The notes under the pieces were generated by a model. The model did not search any database and was not told the origin of the DNA. It worked only from the letters and a program-made list of their open reading frames with translations. Made by a program: the position numbers and the translations under genes. Source: Cyanophora paradoxa CCMP329 (taxonomy: Eukaryota; Plantae; Glaucophyta). Taken from it: a stretch of 37,018 nt of DNA. The DNA lies in the NCBI GenBank assembly GCA_004431415.1, contig QPMI01000585.1, positions 1 to 37,018 on the forward strand. The letters run 5' to 3'. Positions 20,594 to 30,083 of this stretch are shown piece after piece. The number at the start of each line of letters is the position of its first letter. The first letter of the stretch is position 1.

Positions 20594-22520
20594 GGGGGCT
20601 CGCCTCGCGTTTCGCGCCGCGCAACGTGCTCGCGATCCCGGGGGGCGGGGACTCGCACATCACGCCCTTCGAGAGCGACAAGTACGCACACTTTCAGCAG
20701 CTGATGAAGACGGCGCTGGCGAGGGCCACGCCGGAAATTCGGTTCGAGGAGCGCGATCAATCGGACAAGCTCGCCGAGGTGGAGGCGCAGGCCATCGCCA
20801 ACGCCTACTACATCAACAAGTTCCAGCAGATGGAGTCGAGCCTCGACGAGGAGTACGAGGAGGGCTTCCGCGCCTGGCTGATGGGCCAGTCGGCCTTCAC
20901 CGCGAACCTGAAGGCCAAGGGGGCGGGCGCCTGCGACGTGGACGGCAAGAACCTGACGGTGCTGCCGGGCGTGCGGGAGTTCTGCAAGTCGAAGGAGGAT
21001 CAGATCACCGAATTCCTGAAGCGCAAGAAGCGCCTCGAGACGCTGGGCCCGATGAACCTCGAGGACGCGTACTACTACTACAAGTACATCATCAACGGCG
21101 AGGAGTTCAAGCCCACGAGCATCTACGCGCGCGAGAACAAGAAGCCCGAGGAGCTGATCGGAGGGAGGTACGACCCCGACTACGCGAACCGCAACACGCG
21201 CCAGCCCTTCGCCCAGGCCGAGCCGCCCTCGAGCTCGGACAGCGAGGGGCCGGGGCCGGACGAGAGCCGCCAGCGCGACGTACCCAGGGAGAAAAGGCGG
21301 GCGAAGAAGCGGATGGACAAGGAAAAGTACATCAAGGCCCGCCGCGAGCAGAAGGTGCGCATCACGGACGGGGACAACGAGGCCATCGAGGCCAGTTTCC
21401 CGGAGGCGGCCATGGGCAGAGCAATCAAGGCGGGCAAGGGCGCGCGCGAGGCCCTCATTCAGAAGGCCCTACCGTCCAAGGAACCCAGGGACGAAATGAT
21501 CGAGTCCGACGACGACGACGAAGGGGGGGCCCCGCCTCCGCCGCCTCCGCCCCCCGGGCCGAAGACGCCGCCGCTGGCGCCGCAGCCCGGCCCCTCGCAG
21601 CCCCCGGACACGGTGGCCAGGCCGTCCGCACCCCCAGCGGAGCAGCCCCCGCCGCCGCCCCGCCGCCGCCGCCGCCCGAGCCACAGGCGGGGCCCTCGCG
21701 CCCGCCAGAGGTGGTGGCGGCCGAGGCGGCGGCTACGGCTGCGGCCAACGCGGTCGTGCAAGGGCTCGCAAGCGCGGGCATCACCCTAGCCCCGCAAGTG
21801 GCCGTACCCCCGCAGTTTGCACTGGGCGAGGCACCAGCTTCCCCGTCGGAACCTATTAGCGCCCTTTCCCAGGCCCTTGAGAAACGCAAGAGCAAAGGAA
21901 AGCAGGGCATCGCTGCCGCCTTGCTCCTGGACGGTCATAACCGACGTGCAGAGGCCACCAGCGAAAGGTTGGGTGCAAATCGCGAATACATGCTCGCGAA
22001 ACGCCGCGGGGATATTTCGGTGCCGGAGCCGGAGCCGATGGACGAAGACGAGCAGCTGCGACGGGAGGGGGTCCTGGAAAGCCTCCCCCCCGAGGTCCTG
22101 AACCTGGCGGGAAAAACCAACGTGGAAGAGTATCTCAGAGGAAATCTTCAGCGTGAGGATCTTCTGCAGAGGGCGCGGCTCGTCCAAGCTGCAACAACCG
22201 AGGAGCAGCGTGCGCAGGTTGCCTCCGCGAATCGCCTTCGAGAGCTTGCGCTGGATGCGGCCGACATTCTCAACGAAGTCAGAGAGCAAAACCCGCTTGA
22301 ATTCGCGCAGATGGGCGGACAGAACTCATACGAGCTGCTCGAGTCGCGCACAGCGCGGCTTCGCGCGATGCCCCAAGAGGTGTTTAACCGCCTCGATTCC
22401 GAAACGATTCGCACATTCCTTGTTGGTAGAATCAGCTGGAGCGACCTGGAAGATATCCTCACAAATATGCCGCGCCCCGCCGCCAACCCTGTGGTATATG
22501 CTGGGCGCAAGCTCACCTAA
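20590..22520 (+). CDS. Large hypothetical protein, one frameshift near 21660 in a poly-Pro G/C tract
   Basis: Globular N-terminal part (FRAWLMG..LPGVREF..LGPMNLEDAYYYYKY), Pro-rich linker, continuing in ORF 21711-22520. Confidence 0.6.
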
Positions 22521-22532
22521 GACGCCCCCCAC

Positions 22533-22562
22533 AAAATTTTCTCAACGCACCCCTAAACCACC
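22533..22562 (+). promoter_or_regulatory. Example of the recurrent ATTT(T)CT upstream motif (candidate late promoter), here before the MCP
   Basis: aaaattttctcaacgcacccctaaaccaccATG. The same motif precedes most genes on both strands. Confidence 0.6.
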
Positions 22563-23936
22563 ATGGCTTCCGCGCTCATCTCCACCCCCACGACCGCCCT
22601 GCACCACTCGCTGCGCAGCTCCGACGCGTCGGTGCACGTGCACGAGACCTTTGACACGGCGATGCCGTTCGTGGACGAGGTGCTCGAGGTGAGCCCCGTG
22701 CAGTCGGGCGTGAGCTTCAGCCAGACCGTCGACATCGTCATCCCACACTCGGCGCCGATGTTCAACGACTCCTGGCTCAAGGTGACGCTGCCGGCGCTGA
22801 CGAACGCGGACCACTTCTACATCCCGAAGGCCGGCTACGTGCTGCTCAAGAAGGTGAAGATCTTCGTGGGCGCGCAGCTGATCCACGAGTACGACGGCCA
22901 CCACGACGCCATCTACGGCGAGTTCGAGGACGACAAGTCCGTCGTCCAGCACGTCGACATGGTGAACAACCTCTGGGCGCACCAGCCGCTGCGCCGCCGG
23001 GGCAAGGCCCCGAACACGCTGTACATACCGATTCGCATCGCGACGGGCCACGGTCGAAAGTTCGCCGTGCCGCTCCACAAGCTCCGCTGCTCCGGAAACG
23101 ACATGAAGCTGCAGATCACCTACGCCTCGCAGAAGGAGATCACGGCCTCGTACGTGGACGGCGGCCTGCACACCAACACCAACCTGACGAGCACCGTCAG
23201 CCTGGACACCAAGCTCATCCTGCGCTACGTGCACATCGACTCGCGCGAGCTGGCGCTGCACCCGAACTCGTTCACGTGGGCCGGCAAGTACGTGCAGCAC
23301 TACCACGTCTCGTTCGAGTCGGGCAAGGCCATCCGCCTGCCCTTCACCGGAATCTGCTACGAGCTGATCATCGTGGTGCGCGACAAGCCGCACACCGACA
23401 ACGGCGAGCACTTCTGGCGCTTCCGCCCGCTCGACAAGATCGAGCTGAAGTGCGACAACATCAAGGTGCTCGACAGCTCGAACCACGACGCGCACTTTTT
23501 GCGCACGGCCATCGCGCACAAGGAGCACACGCACGCCCCCGCGCGCAAGCACCTCGAGCTGCTGCGGGGCGTGACCTCGATGGACGGGACGGCGGCGGCC
23601 GACGTGGCCGACGCGCTGCACCCGCACCCGTGGTCGGGCAACGACACGCCCCCCACGACCCTCGCGACCCACGACGGGCACAGCAGCGACATCCAGCCCC
23701 GCAACGTGGGCCAGTTCGGGACGGAGTTCATCTACTCGCTCCCCTTCGGCACGGACGTGGCCGACAACACCAAGATGTTCGGCGGCCTCGACATGGGCGC
23801 CTTCAAGACCATCGAGCTCACGCTCACCACGCTCAAGACCTACACGTCGGAGGCCAAGCCCGTGGCCGACATCTACTGCCGCTACTACAACGAGATCACC
23901 TTCACCAACGGCGGCGCCTACCGCCGCTTCCATTAG
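22563..23936 (+). CDS. MCP: Major capsid protein, NCLDV-type double jelly roll
   Basis: FSQTVDIVIPHSAPMFNDSWLKVTLPAL, GYVLLKKVKIFVGAQLIHEYDG, LYIPI..VPLHKL..MKLQITY, IYSLPF...GGLDM, YCRYYNEITFTNG parallel conserved NCLDV MCP blocks. Strong codon bias. Confidence 0.9.
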   Translation: MASALISTPTTALHHSLRSSDASVHVHETFDTAMPFVDEVLEVSPVQSGVSFSQTVDIVIPHSAPMFNDSWLKVTLPALTNADHFYIPKAGYVLLKKVKIFVGAQLIHEYDGHHDAIYGEFEDDKSVVQHVDMVNNLWAHQPLRRRGKAPNTLYIPIRIATGHGRKFAVPLHKLRCSGNDMKLQITYASQKEITASYVDGGLHTNTNLTSTVSLDTKLILRYVHIDSRELALHPNSFTWAGKYVQHYHVSFESGKAIRLPFTGICYELIIVVRDKPHTDNGEHFWRFRPLDKIELKCDNIKVLDSSNHDAHFLRTAIAHKEHTHAPARKHLELLRGVTSMDGTAAADVADALHPHPWSGNDTPPTTLATHDGHSSDIQPRNVGQFGTEFIYSLPFGTDVADNTKMFGGLDMGAFKTIELTLTTLKTYTSEAKPVADIYCRYYNEITFTNGGAYRRFH

Positions 23937-24015
23937 ATTGCTTGTTAGCCAGGGTGTGCTTGGTAGGCCGATGTGAACCAATAAATTTTCCCACTGGGAT
24001 CCTAACCGAGGCACG

Positions 24016-25140
24016 ATGACGAAGGGCCACTCTATGATGGACATTGGGGAGGGCTCTAAGAAGCAGCGCCAGTCGCTGAAGAACGACCTGAAGGCCGACA
24101 TGGACGGCATCGTGAACAAGTTCCTTCCGGGCACGATTATGCCCGAGGTGCCCGTCGTAGATGGGACGAAGGCGGACATCTACACGCCCGAGGATAAGGC
24201 GCGGGGCCTGGGGCTCAGCGGGGGGGAAACGAAGACCCTGCCCGCGATGAAGTACACGCCCTCGATGGAGAAGCTGATGCGCATGGGCATCCGACAGCAG
24301 CTGCAGAACGCGAACCCCGGCCGCACGATCAACGAGGAGGATGTGGAGAACGCGTTCAGCCTGCGGAAGGAAATCATGATTCGCGATTTCGACCAGTGGG
24401 CGATGACGGCCTTCGGCCTGAAGCAGCCGGGCGTCGCCAAAATGCTCGAGGAATATTACCCCGAGCTGCTGGAGCGAATTACGAACATGATCGAGCAGGA
24501 TATCGAAATTCAGCGCTTCGACAAGTACCAGAAGGTTTTCTTCCCGATGAACTACGATGATCTCGTCATGAAGTGGGCGCGCGAGCGCGGCTGGATCAAG
24601 ACGATGGAAGAGATCGAGAAGGAGAACCTGCTCGGGCCGGCCGGCCGCTACGGGCAGACGGAGGCGAACCCCCAGGGGCTGCGCGCGGGCTACACCCCCG
24701 ATCTATCGCCCATGTTCAACGCGCAGACGGCCAACATCAGCAGCGCCGTCAACAAGCCCTACGGCCGCAACGACGTGGACTTCAGCCGGGGCAATCCGTT
24801 TGGGGCGATGCTCCTCGATCAGCCGGGGACGCGCGGCCCGGCCCTGCCCACGGCCACGCCTTACGCGGACCAGAACCTGCTGCCCCGCGTCGTCAACCCG
24901 CTCCCTGCGCTGCAGAGCAACCAGCTTGCCACGCCGTTCGAGAAAGGGCGCATGGAAGCGCTCCGTGCAAGGGGGACGGTGGCCGGTATGTCCGAAGCAT
25001 CGCAGACTGCAATTCAGACAGCCTTCCAGGCCCTCGTCCGGAACACGGAGAACAGTCAGATTACCATGCTCGCGGAAACGAACGCCCGGAAGGCGGAGAT
25101 GTACGACCTAGCAGCCCGGGCCCTCCGACCCGGTCAGTAA
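24016..25140 (+). CDS. Hypothetical protein next to the MCP (possible virion protein)
   Basis: Intact 374-aa ORF with strong codon bias. Confidence 0.75.
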   Translation: MTKGHSMMDIGEGSKKQRQSLKNDLKADMDGIVNKFLPGTIMPEVPVVDGTKADIYTPEDKARGLGLSGGETKTLPAMKYTPSMEKLMRMGIRQQLQNANPGRTINEEDVENAFSLRKEIMIRDFDQWAMTAFGLKQPGVAKMLEEYYPELLERITNMIEQDIEIQRFDKYQKVFFPMNYDDLVMKWARERGWIKTMEEIEKENLLGPAGRYGQTEANPQGLRAGYTPDLSPMFNAQTANISSAVNKPYGRNDVDFSRGNPFGAMLLDQPGTRGPALPTATPYADQNLLPRVVNPLPALQSNQLATPFEKGRMEALRARGTVAGMSEASQTAIQTAFQALVRNTENSQITMLAETNARKAEMYDLAARALRPGQ

Positions 25141-25162
25141 TTTCTGAGGCCCACGCGAGCAC

Positions 25163-25490
25163 ATGGCAGCGACGGAGGCGACGCTGGGCGAGCAGATCGA
25201 GGCGCGCTGGGGCCGCTTCCTCGACCTGCTGGAGCCGGAGGCCAAGGAGCCCGGGGTGCGGGCGCAGATCCAGTCGCTGCGCGGCATCGGGCCACGGCGG
25301 TCATCGTTCTGTTCAGGAGGCACATCAACGCGGAGGCGGAATTGATCAAGGCGAAGGACGACTCGGTTTTCGAGAGGCTGCCGCAGGAGTACGCCTCGGC
25401 CGTGCGCTCGCTATTCTACGGCAGCGGGCCCGAGCTGCGCGAAAAGCTCTGGCTTTACATCGAGCTCTTCGTCGAGCTGACCTCGGAGTG
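25163..25490 (+). CDS. Small helical protein, frameshift near 25295
   Basis: MAATEATLGEQIEARWGRFLDLL... continues as FVQEAHQRGG/ELIKAKDDSVFERLPQEY...KLWLYIELFVELTSE in other frames. Confidence 0.5.
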
Positions 25491-25520
25491 AAAAATATTT
25501 CTAAGGGGCAGGCGTAAAGG

Positions 25521-26324
25521 ATGGACCCCTCGGCGATGCTTGGCTTCGAGGCGCTGGCCGTGGACGGGCCGAACCCCGTGGGAATCCCGCAGCCCCGGAA
25601 GAAGGGCCGCCCCGCGAAGGAGGGCAAGGAAAAGGGCGAGAAGGCGCCGAAGGCCGACAGGATGGCGCTGCCGGGCGACGGGCCCGCGGTGCCGCCGACG
25701 GCGCCGAGCAAGGGCGCGAGCTTCAGCGTGCAGGAGCACATCGAAATGACGAAGAAGAAGGAGCAGAGCGTGAAAAAGGCGCTGGGAATCGACCTGCAGG
25801 AGCGGCCGCGGGACGAGGCGCAGGTGGACGTGGACGAGAAGAAGCAGGTTCTGCGGCAGATCGCGCAGTACCGGCGCTCGTTCGGGGGCGAGCTTACGTC
25901 CACGAAGAAGCTGAGCCTGGCGACGCCGCTGGACGAGCTGAAGGAAGAGTACGAGGAGATTCAGCGCGAGCTGAGCACGCGGGGTTCGCTGGAGGCGGCG
26001 CGCCTCTTTCTGATCGCGGGCATGCACTCGCTGGAGCACCTGAACAAGGCGTACGATCCGATCGGCCTGAAGCTCGACGGGCTCGGGCAGGCGACGCTCT
26101 CTTCGATGGACCAGGTGCAGCCGATCCTGGAGGAGCTGGTGATCAAGTACTCGCGCTACGTGACCCTGGGGCCCGAGGCGCGCCTGGGGATGGCCCTGGT
26201 GCAGACGGTGCTGGCGGTGCACGCGGCGAACGCGAACCCGGAGGTGATGAAGGAGGTGACGGAGGCGGCGGCCTCGACGGCGGCGGAGCCCAAGGCGGTG
26301 GGCGGCAAGTTCAACGGCCTTTGA
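25521..26324 (+). CDS. DUF5767-like conserved NCLDV protein
   Basis: LDELKEEYEEI..RLFLIAGMHSLEHLNKAYDPIGLKLDG..ILEELVIKY...GPEARL matches the recalled family pattern (EflN..fDPf..kLDGws...feEL..KY....PEl.L). Confidence 0.7.
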   Translation: MDPSAMLGFEALAVDGPNPVGIPQPRKKGRPAKEGKEKGEKAPKADRMALPGDGPAVPPTAPSKGASFSVQEHIEMTKKKEQSVKKALGIDLQERPRDEAQVDVDEKKQVLRQIAQYRRSFGGELTSTKKLSLATPLDELKEEYEEIQRELSTRGSLEAARLFLIAGMHSLEHLNKAYDPIGLKLDGLGQATLSSMDQVQPILEELVIKYSRYVTLGPEARLGMALVQTVLAVHAANANPEVMKEVTEAAASTAAEPKAVGGKFNGL

Positions 26325-26377
26325 GTGTAAAAGCTTGTAATCAATTGCACCAAAAATTCACAATTTATTCGTCCGAG

Positions 26378-27160
26378 CTACTGCATGGGGGCTGCGTACA
26401 TAGACTCGGGGTTTAGGTAGGGCTCGAAGCTGGCCTCGTTGTCGTAGGGCCTGAAGGCCAGCTCGGGCGTGCGGCCTGCGAAGCGAAAGGCGCCGACCTT
26501 GCACTGCTGCACGGCGAGGAAGGACCACTTGAGGCCGAACTTGCCCTCGGGGATGGCGTAGGCGGTGTCGATTTTGACGAGGGCGGCCACCAGGTCGCCG
26601 GTGCCGATGGTGGCGCGCTCGGTGATGAGGTAGTTGGACATGTCGACGACGGGGATGGTCTTGCGCTTGCCCGCCATCGTCTGGGTGCGGATGCGCATGT
26701 TGAGGTACTTGTAGAAGGCCTGGCCCGACTCCTTGTCGACCTTGATGCGCACGCTGGGGGTCTGCAGCACCGAGATCTGGTCCTTGGAGAGGGAGCGGCC
26801 GGGCGAGACCTTGAGCTTGGCCTGGTTCTGCTGCACGAACTCGCAGAATTTCGCGTCCAGGGCCTCGAGCAGCTTGAGGAACTCGTCCGCGGCGGGGTTC
26901 GTCTGGCCGTCGACGGCGCTGAGATCGGTGAGGTCCAGCGTGTAGAATCCGCCGTTTTCTTCCATGACGAAGGCCTTCTTCTCGTCGCTCCACGCCTTGC
27001 CTTGCTCTGTGTTGATGCAGGGGTTGATGGTGACCATGGGCGGCGCGTACATCATGAGGCCCTGCAGGCCGTCGTACTTGGCCTTGATGCGGCCGGTGGC
27101 GTCGATCTCGAAGGCGAGCTTGGCGGGGTCGATCTCGTTGGCGTTGCGGACGGTGGCCAT
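26378..27160 (-). CDS. Single-stranded DNA-binding protein (NCLDV / T7 gp2.5-like OB fold)
   Basis: FLKLLEALDAKF..PSVRIK..LNMRIR..GDLVAALVKIDTAY...GKFGLKWSFLAVQ resembles viral SSBs (fG..w....q). Confidence 0.7.
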   Translation of the reverse strand: MATVRNANEIDPAKLAFEIDATGRIKAKYDGLQGLMMYAPPMVTINPCINTEQGKAWSDEKKAFVMEENGGFYTLDLTDLSAVDGQTNPAADEFLKLLEALDAKFCEFVQQNQAKLKVSPGRSLSKDQISVLQTPSVRIKVDKESGQAFYKYLNMRIRTQTMAGKRKTIPVVDMSNYLITERATIGTGDLVAALVKIDTAYAIPEGKFGLKWSFLAVQQCKVGAFRFAGRTPELAFRPYDNEASFEPYLNPESMYAAPMQ

Positions 27161-27264
27161 GTTGTCTGAGCTTAGCGTGCGATCAGCCTAGCGCTAGAAA
27201 ATATTTAAAGGGCGCCCCACCTGACTTCAGCTGAGCGCTCGGGTGATTCAGGTAAAACACGTGT

Positions 27265-27555
27265 TCAATTCGTCTCACTGGGGAGGGGAAGGGCTTCGAT
27301 CACGGCTACGCGAATATTCGAGAGTCTAAATCTGGCGCTGGGGCTGGCGACGGCGTACAGGGCGATCTCGTTCTTGGCGGGATTGAGCATGATGTGCTGG
27401 AAGCAGTCGCCCTTGCGGCACTCCAGCGAGATGTTGCGCAGCAGCCTGCAGTAGTTGAAGCAGATCTCGCCGTTCTCGTCCAGATCCTCTTCCATGGCCT
27501 CGTACTCGAAGATGCCGAAGGTCAGGCAGCAGGTGAAGTACTTGGGGGCGCACAT
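27265..27555 (-). CDS. Hypothetical protein
   Basis: 96-aa ORF with its own upstream TATA-like and CACCTGA elements. Confidence 0.6.
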   Translation of the reverse strand: MCAPKYFTCCLTFGIFEYEAMEEDLDENGEICFNYCRLLRNISLECRKGDCFQHIMLNPAKNEIALYAVASPSARFRLSNIRVAVIEALPLPSETN

Positions 27556-27663
27556 TCTCTCGTTGGCTTACGGTTAAAGTGTGAGGAACCGAGGCCCCGT
27601 GCCCCCTCTTAAGGCCCCGCGTCAGGTGAGCTTCAGACGAAGTCAGAAAACACGCGTTCAATT

Positions 27664-28137
27664 TCAGAGGGATACAGAGCCATCAAGATCAAAGGAAATC
27701 ATCCTATCGTCAAGGCTAAAGGGGTAGCCGCACTGCTGGTGCAGCTGATCGACCTTCATCTGGGGGGAGCCCATCTGCCTCCGCAAGACCCAGATGTTGC
27801 ACTGATACCCCTCAAAGAATGTGTAGGCGAGGGAGCGGCCTGAGGGAGAGATCGCCGCGCAGAACGAGGCCCACTCGGGTACTTGAACATGCGTGCAGTT
27901 AAGGCGCCCCGCGGAGAAGGTCACGATGTAGGCCGTCTGTCCGGTTTGGGTCTTGGCGCAGGAGACCAGGGTGAAGGAGAAGCCATCGTCGGAGAGCTTC
28001 ATGAGGAGGATCTTACCGGGGCAGTCCTTGCAGTCATCTACTTTGCCGTCCTTGAGAACTTCCACCTCGCGGTCAATGGGCTCGCCGATCACGCGCACGG
28101 TGTATTCCTCGACGAAGAACTGGGCAACAAGGGCCAT
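27664..28137 (-). CDS. Hypothetical protein with beta-propeller-like (TolB/WD) blades
   Basis: MKLSDDGFSFTLVS and AAISPSGRSLAYTF..NIWV resemble propeller blade repeats. Confidence 0.5.
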   Translation of the reverse strand: MALVAQFFVEEYTVRVIGEPIDREVEVLKDGKVDDCKDCPGKILLMKLSDDGFSFTLVSCAKTQTGQTAYIVTFSAGRLNCTHVQVPEWASFCAAISPSGRSLAYTFFEGYQCNIWVLRRQMGSPQMKVDQLHQQCGYPFSLDDRMISFDLDGSVSL

Positions 28138-28395
28138 GTTGCTTGCTGGTTGCGTTGAGAGAGATTGAGAGTGTGAGGGGAACGCCGCGTGCCGCGTGCT
28201 TATAGAGGCCGTTCAGGTGAGGTTCAGGTGAGCGCTCACCTGAGGAGGGGGGGAGAAGTGACGCGGACGCGAAAGATTCCGTCATGGGTTTTTCCGTCAT
28301 GGGCTGGAACTTGGACCTGGGACTCGGGCCCAAACTCTCCCGGTAAAAAAATAGATTCGAACTTGGCGCCATTTTCTGATGCTAGTCTACCCACC

Positions 28396-28797
28396 ATGGA
28401 GCCCGCCATCTCCCAGCTGGTCTCCCAGGGCGCCAAGCTCGACAAGGCCCTCAACATCTACCTTCAGCTGATCGAGCTGGCATGGCCCGAGCCAATGATT
28501 GCCCAGGCCTGCAAATCGCTCCACGTGGCGTTCGATGCGCCGTTCTCAGGTGACCCGGATCAGGTGACATCCTGGACCAAGGAGGAGATAAAGGCAGACT
28601 TTGAGGCGCTTTTCTCATTTATGAGCAAGAAGTATGCCGAAATCGAAGCAGCCAAGGATGCCGAAGCCCAAGGCGGTGAAGACGCAGAAGCCCCAGAAGC
28701 CCCAGCCCAAGGCCCTGCCGGCGACCAAGGCACCGAAGTTCAAGGCGCTGGGCCCCCTGCAGAGGGCGAAGGCCAAGGCCGACCTGCGTCCGCGTAG
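28396..28797 (+). CDS. Hypothetical protein inside the repeat locus
   Basis: MEPAISQLVSQGAKLDKALNIYLQ...; ATTTTCT upstream and Kozak-like caccATGG. Confidence 0.6.
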   Translation: MEPAISQLVSQGAKLDKALNIYLQLIELAWPEPMIAQACKSLHVAFDAPFSGDPDQVTSWTKEEIKADFEALFSFMSKKYAEIEAAKDAEAQGGEDAEAPEAPAQGPAGDQGTEVQGAGPPAEGEGQGRPASA

Positions 28798-29062
28798 GCC
28801 CAAGGACATAGCCAAGGAGGCAAGCGGCCACAGGCCGGACTGGCCGGCGCCGGCGCCCTACCGCTACCTCAAGCTGGACAAGAGCAACGATACCGGCTTC
28901 ACCAGGAGGAGGTGGCCTGAGCCTCTCAGGTGGCTGGAGCCAAGGGAGATCAAGGCCGGAGGCGGTATCGAGCTAGCGCTAGCGCTGGGAGGCGGTGGTG
29001 GTGCAGACTTGGAGGAGCAGGCCTTGCTAGATACCATCAACTTGGGCAAGGTAGAGCTGTGA
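28634..29062 (+). CDS. Lys/Pro-rich basic protein overlapping the previous ORF
   Basis: 142-aa ORF that ends exactly where the inner inverted-repeat arm begins. Confidence 0.4.
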   Translation: MPKSKQPRMPKPKAVKTQKPQKPQPKALPATKAPKFKALGPLQRAKAKADLRPRRPKDIAKEASGHRPDWPAPAPYRYLKLDKSNDTGFTRRRWPEPLRWLEPREIKAGGGIELALALGGGGGADLEEQALLDTINLGKVEL

Positions 29063-29785
29063 TATCTAGCTAGTGCTTGCTAGCGCTTGCTTAATTAATT
29101 AACCTGAAGTTACCTGACATTTACCTGAAAGGTTACGGAGGTTGCGGACGCGTCACAATTCCGTCATGGGTTTTCCGTCATGGGCTGGAACTTGGACTCG
29201 GGACTCGGCCGCAAAACTCGGCGTAAAAAAATACACGTGTTTTTGTCAAGTCTAACGTACCGACTCTGTACCCCTCTATTCGACTTGAAGGTAATTTCAA
29301 GTTGCTATGACATTATCGTTATTCACAATCAATGAATACTGTAATGTAGTATAGAACGGTCACAAGTGGGGTACGTCGTTCTTGTTCAAGTCTCGAACTT
29401 ACCGGGAGAATTCCCGGCCGAGTCCCGAGTCCAAGTTCCAGCCCATGACGGAAAACCCATGACGGAATTGTGACGCGTCCGCAACCTCCGCAACCTTTCA
29501 GTTAATTAATTAAGCAAGCGCTAGCGCTAGCTAGCTAGATATCGATACCACCTAGCTAGTACTACTTAGTACTACTAGGATACTAGGACATTTGGACATA
29601 GGGGGTACCCCGCCGAGTTCAAGTCTTGAACTTACCAGGAGAATTCCCGGCCGAGTCCCGAGTCCAAGTTCCAGCCCATGACGGAAAACCCATGACGGAA
29701 TCTTTTGCGTCCGCGTCATTTCTCCCCCCTCCTACGTTCGCAATCTCCGGACGCCTCCCACAATTTTCCAAGGTACCCAGCAAGC

Positions 29786-30073
29786 ATGGACTTTACTGAC
29801 TGCGCAGGTATCAAGCAGGAGCCTGAGGACCTTCTCACCGCCGCCGCCTCGGCGCCCAAGCAGCGCCGCCGCCGCGGGCCCAAGTCCCTCTGCTCCGAGC
29901 CCGAGATCCTGGCGGCTCCGGCGCGCGGGCCGGAGACCGTGGACCTGACCCTGGAGGAGCCGGCGCGCGGCCCGCCGCGCCTGCTGATCCTTGCGGCGGC
30001 GGCGGCCGCGCTCTACTACGCCGCCCGGCGCCTGGGCCCGCAGCTCTCGGGCCTGGTCCGGAACCTTTTCTAA
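29786..30073 (+). CDS. Small protein with C-terminal TM helix
   Basis: MDFTDCAG...LLILAAAAAALYYAA; ATTTTCC upstream. Confidence 0.6.
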   Translation: MDFTDCAGIKQEPEDLLTAAASAPKQRRRRGPKSLCSEPEILAAPARGPETVDLTLEEPARGPPRLLILAAAAAALYYAARRLGPQLSGLVRNLF

Positions 30074-30083
30074 GTCTTTCCCA

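Larger units (their letters stand above)
28243..29733. repeat. Four-copy nested inverted-repeat locus (copies at about 28243-28352 +, 29140-29232 +, 29385-29500 -, 29617-29733 -)
   Basis: Core ttccgtcatgggttt(t)tccgtcatgggctggaacttggac..gggactcgg occurs twice forward and twice reverse-complemented. The inner arms extend to about 29061-29211 versus 29415-29543. Confidence 0.95.

Noticed and set aside
22542-24179. 545-aa minus-strand ORF and similar long antisense ORFs (13425-14141, 14623-15576, 33584-34864)
   Set aside because: These are shadow ORFs opposite strongly codon-biased real genes in GC-rich DNA, with no recognisable motifs.
28243-29733. CRISPR array
   Set aside because: Repeats are long, in both orientations and irregularly spaced, with no unique-spacer periodicity and no cas genes.
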